64,000 bases of DNA from Planctomycetota bacterium. GTDB lineage: Bacteria; Planctomycetota; UBA1135; UBA2386. Positions 21,938 through 31,900 of the stretch are shown one piece after another; the stretch's first letter is position 1, and every line of letters starts with the position of its first letter. The stretch lies in contig OZ245006.1 in assembly GCA_965223545.1 (NCBI GenBank), positions 704,001 through 768,000 on the forward strand, in the 5' to 3' direction. Made by a program: the position numbers and the translations under genes. The notes under the pieces were generated by a model. The model searched no databases, was not told the DNA's origin, and was given only the letters and a program-made list of their open reading frames with translations.

Positions 21938-24900
21938 TCAGAAGCCGACCTGCTCCTCGCCGGCGATGCGCTGCGCCTCCGGATCGGCCGCGGCAGCGCG
22001 GCCGCCGTCGGAAAAGCTGTCGACCTGGTCCAGCGAGACCGCCATCCGGCTCGACACCCCGCGCTTCTGCATGGTGATCCCGTAGAGGCGCTGGCACTCG
22101 GCCATGGTGCGCTTGTGGTGGGTCACGATGCAGAACTGGGTCGGGCCGACGAAGTCGCGCAGCACGCGCAAGAAACGCTCGACGTTGGTGTCGTCCAGCG
22201 CCGCATCCACCTCGTCGAGAATGCAGAACGGCGACGGCTTGACCTTGAACACGGCGAACAGGATCGCCAGCGCGGTCATGCTGCGCTCGCCACCCGACAG
22301 CAGGTTGATCGACTGCAGCTCCTTGCCCGGCGGCTTGGCGACGATGTCGATGCCGGACTCGAGCGAGTCCTCGCCGTCGGTCAGCGTCATGTCGGCGCGG
22401 CCGCCCTGGAACAGCTTGCGGAAGATCAGCTGAAAGTTCTCGCGGGCCTGCTCGAACGTGTCCTCGAACAGCGTCCGCGACTCGGTCTCCAAGCGCCGCA
22501 GCGTCTCCATCAGCGAACGCCGCGCCTGCTTGAGATCCTCGACCTCCTGCTCGAGGAACTGCAGGCTCTCTTCCATCTCCTCGAGCTCGGCCACCGCGTC
22601 GAGGTTGACGTGGCCGAGACGCTCGACCTGTGCCTGCAGCAGCCCGGCGCGCCGGCGCACCTCGGCGACGTCGAAGTCGGACTCCTCCCACAGCCGGTTC
22701 AAGCCCGCCTCGACGGCGATCCAGGCGGGCGGCAGCGGCGGGCCGCTCAAGCACTCGACCCCGGCCGGCGCGGGTGGCCCATCGAGCGCGTCGGCGGTCA
22801 AGCCGAAGCCGCGGATCTCGCCGAGGCAGCGCCGCAGCTCGATGCCGGTCTCCTCGCGCAGCCGATCTTCGAGCCGAGTGAAGCGGTGTTGTAGATCGGA
22901 GACCGCCAACACGGCCGCCGTCGACGCCTCGCTCAGCTCGCCGCGACGCCGCTCGACCTCGGCCAGCGAGCGGCGCGCAGCGTCGCGTTCGCTCTCGCAG
23001 TCGCCCAAGTCGGCTTGCCGCGCGTCGCGCTCGGTCTCGAGCTCGGCCACTTGCTGCGCGACAGTCGCCACCTCGCCGTCACACGCGGCGGCCTCGGCCT
23101 GCGCGCGCTCGGCGCCCGCGCGCGCCTCGGCCTCGCGCACCGCGAGCTCCTCCAGTGCCTGCGCGAGGTCTTGCAGGCCGCGCTGGTGCACGGCGACGGT
23201 GCCGGCCAACGCCTCGCGGTCGGTGGCACACGCCACCTGCCGCAGCCGCACGTTCTGCTCGGCCTCCTGCGCGGCGCCCCGCCGTGCAGCCGCGTCGGCG
23301 ACCGCCGCGGCCGCGCGCTCCTCGGCCTCGGCCGCGCGCCGCTCCTGGCGGCCGAGCAGCAGCGCGTCCAGCGACGCCCGCCCCAGGGCGGAGTACGCCG
23401 CCGTTGCCAGTCCACACAGCTCGACGCGCTCGGCTTCCGCCGCCTCGTGCTCGCGCCGCAGATCCTCGACGCGCCCCTCGAGCCGGCGCAGGTCGCCCAT
23501 CTGCTCCTGCTCGCGGGTGCGCGCGGCGTCCAGGTGCAGGGCCAGCTCCTTGCTGCGCGTGCGGACGCGGTCGACGACCGTGGCGACCTTCTGCTTGCCG
23601 GACAGCAGCTCCTCGAGCTCGGCCTTGGCACCGGCCTCCTCATCGCGCAAGGCGCGCAGCTGCGCGCGCCGCACCACGAGGCCCGACTGCCCCTCGCCGC
23701 GCCCGCCCTCGACGCGAGGCCCGCACAACAGCGCGCCCTCACGCGTGACGAAGCACAGGTCGTGGCGGTCCGCGCGCGCCTGGGCCAAGTCGTCGACCAT
23801 GCACACGCCGCGCAGCAGCCAGTTGACCAATGACCGCGCCCGCTCGTCACAGCGCACGCGCTTGAGCAGCAGCTGCGCGCCCGCCGGCAGCGAGACCACG
23901 GGCTCGCGGGCGAACTCCTGGCTCATCTCCTCCTCGACCAGCAGCAGCGCCCGGCCGCGCTGCCCCTCGTCGAGCCAGGCCAGCATCGCATCGGCGTGGG
24001 CGCGGGTATCGACGACCAACGCCTGCACCAACGGCCCCAGCGCGGCCTCGAGCGCCGGCCCGTACTCGATGTCGATCTCCAACAGGTCGAGCAGGCGGCC
24101 GCGGAGCCCGTCGGGCGCGCGTTCCAACAGAGCGCGCGGCCCCTGGTCGAAGCCCTCGAGGTGCTGCTCCATCTCCGCCAGCACCTGCAGCCGGCCCGAG
24201 ACCGACGACAGCTGCTCGCGCAAGCCCGATTCGCGCCGCGCCAGCTCCGCCGCCTGGCGGTCGGCGGCTTCCAGCTCGCGGTGGGTCTCGGCCTCGCGCT
24301 CCTTGAGCCCCTCGATCTCGGTGCGGGTCGCCGACAGCGCGTCGCGCCCCTCGGTCAGCCCCTGCTCGACTTCGAGCGCGGCGCGGTCCAGCACACCGAG
24401 GCGCTCGAGCAACCGCCGCTCGCGGGCGCGCGCCGCGCGGTGCTCGGCCTCGCGCGCGTGCGCCTCGTTGCGCACGCCGGTCTTCTTGTCCATCCACTCG
24501 AGCAGCTGCCCGCGCACCGCCTCGCGCTTCTCCTGCGCACCGTGCCAGTCACCGCTGCACAGGCTCACCGCGCCACGGCGGATCTCCAGCTCCTGGCCGA
24601 GCGTGGCGTGCTCGACGCGCAACTGCTCCTGCCGGGCGAAGGCCTGGTCCAGGGTGGCGAGCCGCTCCTGGTGCTGCTCGCGGGCCGCTTCCTGGCGGCC
24701 GACGCTGGCCTCGGCATCCCGCCGCAGCTCGTCGGCGCGCGCGCGCTGCGCGTCACCGCGATGCCGGGCGGCATCCGCGGTCGCGCGCGCCTCGCGCAGT
24801 CGTTCGGCGACCTCGTCGATGTCGCCGCGCAGCATGGCGATGCGACCCTCGCTGTCGGCCAGCGCTTCGGCGGCGTGTCGCTGCTCGACCTCGACCGCTT

Positions 24901-25663
24901 CGATCTCCTGCTGCAGCTCGACCCGCGCCTGCTCGCGCTCGCGCATCTCGCCGCGCACCGCCGTGCCCTCGGTGACCGCCAGCCCCGTGCGCAGCTCCCG
25001 CAGCTCTCGACTGAGTTCTTGGTAACGCCGCGCCTTGCCGGCCTGCACCTTGAGGCTGCGGATCCGACGGCCGCGCTCCTCGAGCAGATCGACCACCCGG
25101 CTCAGGTTCTGCTCGGTCCGGTCCAGCCGGCGCAGGGTCTCGCGCTTCTGCAGCTTGAAGCGGCTGATGCCGGCGGCCTCCTCGAAGATCGCCCGCCGCT
25201 GTTGTGGGTCGGCCGACAGGACCGCGTCGATGCGCCCCTGCTCCATCACCGAGTACGCACCGACGCCGAGGCCGGTGTCCATCATCGCCGCGCGCACGTC
25301 GCGCAGCCGCACCGGCTCGCCGTTGAGCAGATACTCAGACTCCTTGTCGCGCGACAGCCGCCGCCCGACCGACAGCTCGGTGCGCCCCTCGAAGGCGCCC
25401 TCTTCGTCTTCCAAGAAGATCTGCACGTCGGCGACCGGCAGCGCATCGCGCCCCTCGGCCCCCTTGAAGATGACGTCGGTCATCTCCTTGCCGCGCAGGC
25501 TCCGCGCCCGCTGGTCGCCCAGCACCCACTTGAGGGCGTCGACGACGTTGGACTTGCCACAGCCGTTGGGGCCGATGATGCCGGTCAGCGACGAGTCGAA
25601 GTCGAACTCCGTCTTGTCGGCGAACGACTTGAAGCCGCGGCAAACGAGTCTCTTCAGGCGCAT
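21938..25663 (-). CDS. smc: Chromosome segregation protein SMC
   Basis: GFKSF, GPNGCGKSN, long coiled coils, hinge, LSGGE, LDEVDAALD, VTH. Confidence 0.97.
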   Translation of the reverse strand: MRLKRLVCRGFKSFADKTEFDFDSSLTGIIGPNGCGKSNVVDALKWVLGDQRARSLRGKEMTDVIFKGAEGRDALPVADVQIFLEDEEGAFEGRTELSVGRRLSRDKESEYLLNGEPVRLRDVRAAMMDTGLGVGAYSVMEQGRIDAVLSADPQQRRAIFEEAAGISRFKLQKRETLRRLDRTEQNLSRVVDLLEERGRRIRSLKVQAGKARRYQELSRELRELRTGLAVTEGTAVRGEMREREQARVELQQEIEAVEVEQRHAAEALADSEGRIAMLRGDIDEVAERLREARATADAARHRGDAQRARADELRRDAEASVGRQEAAREQHQERLATLDQAFARQEQLRVEHATLGQELEIRRGAVSLCSGDWHGAQEKREAVRGQLLEWMDKKTGVRNEAHAREAEHRAARARERRLLERLGVLDRAALEVEQGLTEGRDALSATRTEIEGLKEREAETHRELEAADRQAAELARRESGLREQLSSVSGRLQVLAEMEQHLEGFDQGPRALLERAPDGLRGRLLDLLEIDIEYGPALEAALGPLVQALVVDTRAHADAMLAWLDEGQRGRALLLVEEEMSQEFAREPVVSLPAGAQLLLKRVRCDERARSLVNWLLRGVCMVDDLAQARADRHDLCFVTREGALLCGPRVEGGRGEGQSGLVVRRAQLRALRDEEAGAKAELEELLSGKQKVATVVDRVRTRSKELALHLDAARTREQEQMGDLRRLEGRVEDLRREHEAAEAERVELCGLATAAYSALGRASLDALLLGRQERRAAEAEERAAAAVADAAARRGAAQEAEQNVRLRQVACATDREALAGTVAVHQRGLQDLAQALEELAVREAEARAGAERAQAEAAACDGEVATVAQQVAELETERDARQADLGDCESERDAARRSLAEVERRRGELSEASTAAVLAVSDLQHRFTRLEDRLREETGIELRRCLGEIRGFGLTADALDGPPAPAGVECLSGPPLPPAWIAVEAGLNRLWEESDFDVAEVRRRAGLLQAQVERLGHVNLDAVAELEEMEESLQFLEQEVEDLKQARRSLMETLRRLETESRTLFEDTFEQARENFQLIFRKLFQGGRADMTLTDGEDSLESGIDIVAKPPGKELQSINLLSGGERSMTALAILFAVFKVKPSPFCILDEVDAALDDTNVERFLRVLRDFVGPTQFCIVTHHKRTMAECQRLYGITMQKRGVSSRMAVSLDQVDSFSDGGRAAAADPEAQRIAGEEQVGF

Positions 25664-25700
25664 CGGTGGATCAGTCCGCTCCCAAGTTTGCCGTCTCGAC

Positions 25701-26108
25701 TCAGTTGCGGCCGGCCGACCGGCCCTCGGCGGCGCCCGCCCGGCTCCGCGAAACGACGCCAACCGGCGACGGCACCGGGACATCCGTGGTTTGCACACCG
25801 ATCGCGCACGCCGCCCATTCGCGCCGCCGCCGGCGCTCGTCGGCCACCGCGCCGTAGCGCGCCGCCGCCTCGAGCCGGCCCGCCGCGGCGAGTGCCCGCT
25901 CGACCGCCTCGGCGATCGCGCTGCTGCGCACGACGCCCGTCCGGCGGCACACCGGCCGCAGCTCGGCCAGCACCACGCCGGTCAGATCGGCCGCGGTGAC
26001 CGCGTCGCCGCCCAACGCCAGGTGCAGCGAGCGCGCCACCTTGGTCGCTCGCAATCGCTCGCGCGCGCCGCCGCGCTTCTCAACCTGAAAGCTCGGAGCT
26101 CTGGACAT
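25701..26108 (-). CDS. Stand-alone ATP-cone domain protein
   Basis: VEKRGG.RE.L...KV..SL..A...I...VE..L...G...AA..Y pattern; overlaps the nrdR 3' end. Confidence 0.6.
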   Translation of the reverse strand: MSRAPSFQVEKRGGARERLRATKVARSLHLALGGDAVTAADLTGVVLAELRPVCRRTGVVRSSAIAEAVERALAAAGRLEAAARYGAVADERRRRREWAACAIGVQTTDVPVPSPVGVVSRSRAGAAEGRSAGRN

Positions 26109-26580
26109 GGTTGGCGCCCTCCCCGCGCCGCTTCTCCAACATGGGCTTCAGCTCGTCCAAGAACTGGGTGACGTCCTTGAAGTCGCGGTACACGGACGCG
26201 AACCGCACGTACGCGACCTGATCGAGCTGCCGCAGCTCTTGCATCACCAAGTTGCCGATCACCTTGGTGGGCACCTCCTTGTCGAAGGCCTCCATGCACT
26301 GCCGCTCGACGCGATCGACGACCTGGTCCAGCTGCTCGCTGGACACCGGGCGCTTCTCGCACGCCTTGAGCAGTCCACCGAGGATGTTGACTCGATCGAA
26401 CTCCGAACGCTCACCGCTCTTCTTCACCACCCGCAGCGGCGCGCTCTCGACGCGCTCGTAGGTGGTGTAGCGGCGCTGGCACTCCAGACACGTCCGCCGC
26501 CGGCGGATCGCGAAGCCGTCCGCGCTCGCCCGCGAATCGATCACCCGGTCGTTGTCGGATTTGCAGTACGGACAGCGCAT
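26080..26580 (-). CDS. nrdR: Transcriptional repressor NrdR
   Basis: MRCPYC...VIDSR...IRRRR.C..C..R.TTYE; ATP cone; VAYVRFASVY. Confidence 0.97.
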   Translation of the reverse strand: MRCPYCKSDNDRVIDSRASADGFAIRRRRTCLECQRRYTTYERVESAPLRVVKKSGERSEFDRVNILGGLLKACEKRPVSSEQLDQVVDRVERQCMEAFDKEVPTKVIGNLVMQELRQLDQVAYVRFASVYRDFKDVTQFLDELKPMLEKRRGEGANHVQSSELSG

Positions 26581-26666
26581 GGCACCCCCGCCACCCGGGT
26601 CCGGGTGGGCTTCTCCGGCGACCGGCGGGCTGACCCCCGCCGGTCGTCGGAATTGGTCAGCGCGAC

Positions 26667-26696
26667 ACCATACCTCTACAACCGGTTGTGTGTCAA
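26667..26696 (-). promoter_or_regulatory. Sigma70-type promoter of nrdR with a palindromic operator (NrdR-box-like) in the spacer
   Basis: Minus strand TTGACA-N18-TATGGT; the spacer holds the perfect palindrome ACAACCGGTTGT (26678-26689). Confidence 0.7.
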
Positions 26697-26735
26697 AGGT
26701 TGGCGCTGGCCCGACCGCCGGCCGGGGGGTCGCGC

Positions 26736-28049
26736 TCACTTGCCGAGACAGAACGCGGCGAACACCCGATCGAGCACGTCCTCGGGCGACGAGCTCCCGT
26801 CGACCGCGTCGAGCTCCTCTACCGCCTCGCGCAACAGGAGCGCGACGATCTCGGGGGCCTCGCCCGCGGCCAGCGCCGCGCGGGCAGTGCCGACCGCCGC
26901 GCGGCAGCGCTCGAGCAGATCCGCGATGCGGGCCCCCGCGCCCCGATCGCCGCCGGCGTACGCCCCACAGCGCTCCGCCAAGAACCGGCGCAACGCGTCG
27001 ATGCCCGCCCCGGTGTGGGCGCTGACGCGGAACGCCGGCACCCCGGCCGGCACTTCGACCGCCGCGGTCACGTCCGGCATCAGGTCCAGCTTGGTCCCGA
27101 CCCACGCCACCAGTGGAAGCCGCAGCGACGGCAGGGGCGCCGGCGCGGCGAGGTCCACCACCCCGATCGCGCCCGCCGCCTGGCCGGCGGCCTCGTCGCG
27201 CGCATCGATGGCGGCGCGGTCGACGGCGGCGCCGCCGGCGAAGTCGCCGGCCGCGTCGAGCAACACCACCCCGGGGCCGAGCGCGGCCCGCAGCACGTCG
27301 CGGGTGGTGCCCGGCCGCGCCGCCACCGCGTGGCGCGCCGCCGGACACAGCGCGTTGACGAGGGTCGACTTGCCGGCGTTGGCTGCGCCGACCAGCAGCA
27401 GCTCGCCGCCGCTGCGGCCCGCCGGCGCCTGCGCCGACAGCTCTTCCAGAGCACCGGTCACGGCGGCGAGCGCCGCTTCCACCTCGGCCGGTTCGACCGC
27501 GCCGGTCTCGTCCTCGGCGAAGTCGAGGCCCGCCTCGAGCGTCGCCCGGGCATCGTCCAGCCGGCTGCGCACCGCGGCGACCGCCCGCGACAATCCGCCG
27601 GCCAGCACCGCCGCGGCGCGCTCGCCGGCGTCGGCGTCGGCGGCGTGGATCAACTGCAGCACCGCCTCGGCCTGCGCCAGATCCAGCTTGCCGTTCTCGA
27701 ACGCCCGGCGCGTGAACTCCCCCGGCGTCGCGTCGCGCGCCGACCCGCGCAGTAGGGCACAGACCTGCTCGAGCAACAGCGGACTGCCCAGCAGGTGCAG
27801 CTCGACCACGTCCTCGCCGGTGTAGGAGGCCGGCGCCGGCATCACCAGCAGGCGCACCGGCACGGCAAAGCCGAGCACCGAGACCTCCGCTGCGACCACC
27901 CCCCGGCGCCGCTCGAGCGCCGGGCGATCCGGCGACGCGGCCAGCAACCCGGCGACCACTTGCACCGCCGCCGGCCCCGAGACCCGGACGATGCCGCGCG
28001 CCGCTCCGCCGGGCGGCGAGGCGACGGCGAAGATCGTGTCGCCGAGCAT
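26736..28049 (-). CDS. mnmE: tRNA modification GTPase MnmE
   Basis: DTIFA, SYTGED, GEFTRRAF.NGK.DL.QAE, G..NAGKS, PGTTRD, terminal FCLGK. Confidence 0.95.
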   Translation of the reverse strand: MLGDTIFAVASPPGGAARGIVRVSGPAAVQVVAGLLAASPDRPALERRRGVVAAEVSVLGFAVPVRLLVMPAPASYTGEDVVELHLLGSPLLLEQVCALLRGSARDATPGEFTRRAFENGKLDLAQAEAVLQLIHAADADAGERAAAVLAGGLSRAVAAVRSRLDDARATLEAGLDFAEDETGAVEPAEVEAALAAVTGALEELSAQAPAGRSGGELLLVGAANAGKSTLVNALCPAARHAVAARPGTTRDVLRAALGPGVVLLDAAGDFAGGAAVDRAAIDARDEAAGQAAGAIGVVDLAAPAPLPSLRLPLVAWVGTKLDLMPDVTAAVEVPAGVPAFRVSAHTGAGIDALRRFLAERCGAYAGGDRGAGARIADLLERCRAAVGTARAALAAGEAPEIVALLLREAVEELDAVDGSSSPEDVLDRVFAAFCLGK

Positions 28050-28098
28050 GACGCGCCGATCTTAGCGAGGTCGCGCCGCGACGCTCGCGCCGCGACCG

Positions 28099-30006
28099 TC
28101 AGAACGTCGGCACCGCCGCGCCGGCCACCGCCGGCGGTGGCCCGAGGATCTTGCGCGTCACCCGCTGCTCGACGATGCCGAACACACTCGAGGTGATCAT
28201 GTAGACCATCAGCCCCGAGGCGTAGTTGTAGAGCATGATGCCGAACAGCACCGGCATGTAGCGCATGATCTTCATCATCTGCCGCTGCTGCGGGTCCTCG
28301 GGCAGCGGCGTGCCGGCCTGCAGCACGAGCCACAGCACGACCATCAGCAACGGCAGCAGGTTGAAGTACGGCACCCAGGGCAGACCCAGCGCGAACAGCT
28401 GATCGGGCTGGCTGAGGTCGTCGATCCAACCGAAGAACGGCTGGTAGCGCAGCTCGTAGGCGATGCGCAGCGCGGTGAACAGGCCGAGGAACACCGGGAT
28501 GGTGATGAACATCGGCAGGCAGCCGCCGATCGGCGGGATCAGCTTGTGCTCGCGCTGGAACGCCGCCATCTCCATCTGCAGCTTCTTGGGATCGTCGCCG
28601 TAGCGCTCCTTGATCTTGTCGAGCTTGGGCTTGAGCACCATCATCTTGGCGCCGTAGGCCCGCATGCTCTTCTGCATGCGGAAGTTGAACGGCACCAGGG
28701 CACCGCGCACCAACAGGGTCATCACCACGATGGCGATGCCCCAGTTGCCGAAGAACGAGTGCAGGTGGCGCAACAGCCAGAGCAAGAACTTGGCCATCGC
28801 CCGCGCGCCGGGGATCTCGCAGGGGCACATCGGCGCCAAATCGACGTCCATCACCGCGTCGAAGCGCGCGTAGGCCGGATCCTCGTCGAACACGCCGCTC
28901 GACTTCGGGCCGAGGTAGAGGTCGTACGACACCGTGGTGCGGCCACCCGGCGCGGGCACCGGCAGCTCGAAGCGGTAGACCGGCACCGGCACCGAGCCGA
29001 AGCCGTGGTCGTCGAGCGGCGCGCGCACCGGGTCGGGCCGCGGCCACAGGTCGCGCTCGACGCGGTAGAGCGCGTGCCGGCTCTCCTCGTCGGCGGGCAC
29101 CAAGAACGCGCCGAAGAAGCGGTTGGTGCTGCCGGCGAAGTCGATGCCGCCCGCCGTCGTGCGCTGCGCCACCGGCCCCTCGATCTGGTCGTGCGGCCGC
29201 TGCACGGCGATCGCGACTTCGCCCTCGGGCGCCGCGCTGGCGCCGATCACGAACGCCGGGTTTTGGCCCAAGACGTGGTCGACGCGCGGGTTGGTGACGC
29301 TGAGCCCGCGCATCGCGAGCAGCAGTGAGGCACCGGCCGGCGTGCGCTCCGTCGCGGCGGACGAGCGCTCCGCCGCGGCTTCGACCGACAGCTCCATCGA
29401 CAGCCCGCGCCAGCCCGGCCGGTGGTGGAACGTCTTGCGCAGGGTCAGGCCGTTGTCGGCATCGACGAGCTGCAGGACGACCTCGCCGTCACCACCAGCG
29501 ACGCGATCCCAACGGCTCTGGTAGGGATCCACGGTGAGCCCACTCTGCCGCTGGAACGCGGTCGGCAGCGAGACGAAGCCACCCTGCACCGGCTGCACGA
29601 GCGGATAGAAGTCCTCTTCGACCCGTTGCTCGACCGGCACCTGACTCGCCTCGAGCGTCGCTGGCTCGTCGAGCAGACGGACCTCGACCACCGATGCGGC
29701 GCGCCGGTCGAACACGACCCGCAGCGCACCCCGCTCGCCCGGTACCCCGAAGTCGTGCGAGAACCGGTTGTCGCCCGCCTGCCCCTCGACGACGGTCGCC
29801 GGCGACAGTGCCCGTCCGCCATTGGCCGGCGCGCCGCCTTCCTGCACCTCGCCGCCACCCGCGGGCGCAGCCTCGCCGGCGCTACTGGCAACGGCTTCGC
29901 CGGCGGGTCCCACCGGCTTGGCGGTCTCGGGCTCCCGCTGAAACAAGAACAGCAGGGGCACGAGGATGAGGAACGGGATCAGAAAGGCAGTCAGTCGACG
30001 TTCCAT
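28099..30006 (-). CDS. yidC: Membrane protein insertase YidC
   Basis: N-terminal TM, large periplasmic domain, GNWGIAI, GGCLP, WIDDLS.PD, YNYASGL.VY. Confidence 0.95.
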   Translation of the reverse strand: MERRLTAFLIPFLILVPLLFLFQREPETAKPVGPAGEAVASSAGEAAPAGGGEVQEGGAPANGGRALSPATVVEGQAGDNRFSHDFGVPGERGALRVVFDRRAASVVEVRLLDEPATLEASQVPVEQRVEEDFYPLVQPVQGGFVSLPTAFQRQSGLTVDPYQSRWDRVAGGDGEVVLQLVDADNGLTLRKTFHHRPGWRGLSMELSVEAAAERSSAATERTPAGASLLLAMRGLSVTNPRVDHVLGQNPAFVIGASAAPEGEVAIAVQRPHDQIEGPVAQRTTAGGIDFAGSTNRFFGAFLVPADEESRHALYRVERDLWPRPDPVRAPLDDHGFGSVPVPVYRFELPVPAPGGRTTVSYDLYLGPKSSGVFDEDPAYARFDAVMDVDLAPMCPCEIPGARAMAKFLLWLLRHLHSFFGNWGIAIVVMTLLVRGALVPFNFRMQKSMRAYGAKMMVLKPKLDKIKERYGDDPKKLQMEMAAFQREHKLIPPIGGCLPMFITIPVFLGLFTALRIAYELRYQPFFGWIDDLSQPDQLFALGLPWVPYFNLLPLLMVVLWLVLQAGTPLPEDPQQRQMMKIMRYMPVLFGIMLYNYASGLMVYMITSSVFGIVEQRVTRKILGPPPAVAGAAVPTF

Positions 30007-30045
30007 GGGGCTTGGCGGGCTCCGTTGGGCGCTTCGGTCGCGGCG

Positions 30046-30807
30046 TCAGCGCCCCTGCGCCAATCGGTCGGCGAGATAGTCGGGCAGCGCGGGGATGGCG
30101 CGAATCTTCTCCATGGTGCGCTCGTGGTCGTACGCGACCCGATGGAACTGCACCGCCTCGCCGTCATAGGTGGCGAACGACGCCCGCGGGTCGCCGTCGC
30201 GCGGCTGTCCAACCGAGCCCACGTTGACGATGGCGGCCTCCTCCGCGCGCGTGTAACGGCCACCGAGCTCGTCCGGCCGCTGGTAGCTGCCGTTCTCGGG
30301 GTAGACGCCGGGCACGTGCGAGTGGCCGACGAAGCACAGACGCGCTTCGCCCATCTTGGCAAACCGCGGCCCCATCACCTGCGGGTCGGCGGCGTCCTTG
30401 GGCACGACGTAGTCGCGCACCGGATCGACCGGCGAACCGTGCACGAACAGCACGTCGTCCTCGACCCGCCGCTCCTGCATCTCACCCAGATAGTTCCACA
30501 GCTTCATGTTCTGCGCGCGGGCCCCGTCGACGTCGCGGCGGTTGAGCTCATCGCGCGTCCAGTCGATGGCGGCGCGGGCCTTGGGATTGAAATCCGAGGC
30601 GTAGAACATCGCCCCGTGCTCGTGGTTGCCCAGCAGCGAGAACTCCGCCACGTCGATGATCTGCAGCAGCGTCGCGCGCGGCTCAGGCCCGTAGCCGATC
30701 ACGTCGCCCAGACAGACGATGCGGTCGCAACCGAGGCGGTCGATCTCCGCCAAGCAGGCCTCCAAGGCCTCGGTATTGCTGTGGATGTCCGAGATCAGGG
30801 CGATCAT
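30046..30807 (-). CDS. Calcineurin-like metallophosphoesterase
   Basis: SDIHSN, LGDVIGYGP, GNHE, HGSP, GHSH, NVGSVGQPRDG. Confidence 0.93.
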   Translation of the reverse strand: MIALISDIHSNTEALEACLAEIDRLGCDRIVCLGDVIGYGPEPRATLLQIIDVAEFSLLGNHEHGAMFYASDFNPKARAAIDWTRDELNRRDVDGARAQNMKLWNYLGEMQERRVEDDVLFVHGSPVDPVRDYVVPKDAADPQVMGPRFAKMGEARLCFVGHSHVPGVYPENGSYQRPDELGGRYTRAEEAAIVNVGSVGQPRDGDPRASFATYDGEAVQFHRVAYDHERTMEKIRAIPALPDYLADRLAQGR

Positions 30808-30883
30808 GGTGGAAGCCCGTCAAGGTAGCCCTCGCCCTGAGCACGCGGAAGCGACATCATCTGCGCCTGGGGCATTTTTCGCG

Positions 30884-31819
30884 ATGACCGATCCGGAGCC
30901 CGTTTGGGTGCTGACCGGCGCCACCGCAGCGGGCAAGTCCGGGCTGGCGCTGGAGCTCGCGCGGCAGCGCGAGGTCGAGATCCTGTCGATGGATTCGATG
31001 GCCGTGTACCGCGGCATGGACGTCGGCACCGCCAAGCCCAGCGCGGAGGAACGGGCGCGCGTGCCCCACCATCTGCTCGACTTGGTCGAGCCGCACGAGG
31101 AGTTCGACACCAGCCTCTACTGCGAACACGCCGAACGCGCCCTGACGGCGGTGCGCGCGCGGGGCAAACAGCCGCTGTTCGTCGGCGGCACGCCGCTGTA
31201 CCTGATGGCGTTCTTCAAGGGTCTGATGCCCGGCCCGCCGGCGCAACCCGCGCTCCGCGCCGCGCTCGAGGCGCGGGAGGAGGAAGAGCCCGGTTGGCTG
31301 CACGCCGAGCTCTCCAGGGTCGATCCCGAGGCGGCGGCCCGCATCCACCGGCGCGACCGCAAGCGGCTGGTGCGCGCGCTCGAGGTCGTGCGCGTCACCG
31401 GCCAGCCGATTTCGGCGCAGCAGACCTCGTTCTCCCGCCCCGGCTGGCGGCTGCCCTGCCGCGTGGTCGCGGTCGACTGGCCGCGCGAAGCCCTGCACGA
31501 CCGCATTCGGACGCGGACCCGGGCGATGTTGGCCGCCGGTCTGCTCGACGAGACCAAGGCGATCCTCGACCGCGGCGGCTTCTCCAAGCAGGCGGCGGCG
31601 GCGATCGGCTACGCCGAGTGCCTGCAGCTCTTGGCCGGTGCGCTGCGCGACGAGGCCGAGCTGCGCAACCGCATCCGGCGGGCCACCCACCGCCTGGTGC
31701 GCCGGCAGACCACTTGGCTGCGGCATCTCGCCGAAGTGCGGCACGTGTCCAGCGACGCCGGCGCCGGCGCGGTGCTGGCCGCGCTGACCGATCCGGCCTC
31801 CGACTCCGCGCAAGGTTGA
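30884..31819 (+). CDS. miaA: tRNA dimethylallyltransferase
   Basis: G.TAAGKS, DSM.VYRGMD.GTAKP, VGGT.LY, RALEV, RRQ.TW. Confidence 0.95.
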   Translation: MTDPEPVWVLTGATAAGKSGLALELARQREVEILSMDSMAVYRGMDVGTAKPSAEERARVPHHLLDLVEPHEEFDTSLYCEHAERALTAVRARGKQPLFVGGTPLYLMAFFKGLMPGPPAQPALRAALEAREEEEPGWLHAELSRVDPEAAARIHRRDRKRLVRALEVVRVTGQPISAQQTSFSRPGWRLPCRVVAVDWPREALHDRIRTRTRAMLAAGLLDETKAILDRGGFSKQAAAAIGYAECLQLLAGALRDEAELRNRIRRATHRLVRRQTTWLRHLAEVRHVSSDAGAGAVLAALTDPASDSAQG

Positions 31820-31900
31820 TCGCGGCGCGCGCGGGCGCCAAAGTGGCGCCCCCCGGGGAGGCGATCCGCGCTCCCCGCGCCGCGAGAACACCCACGCCGC

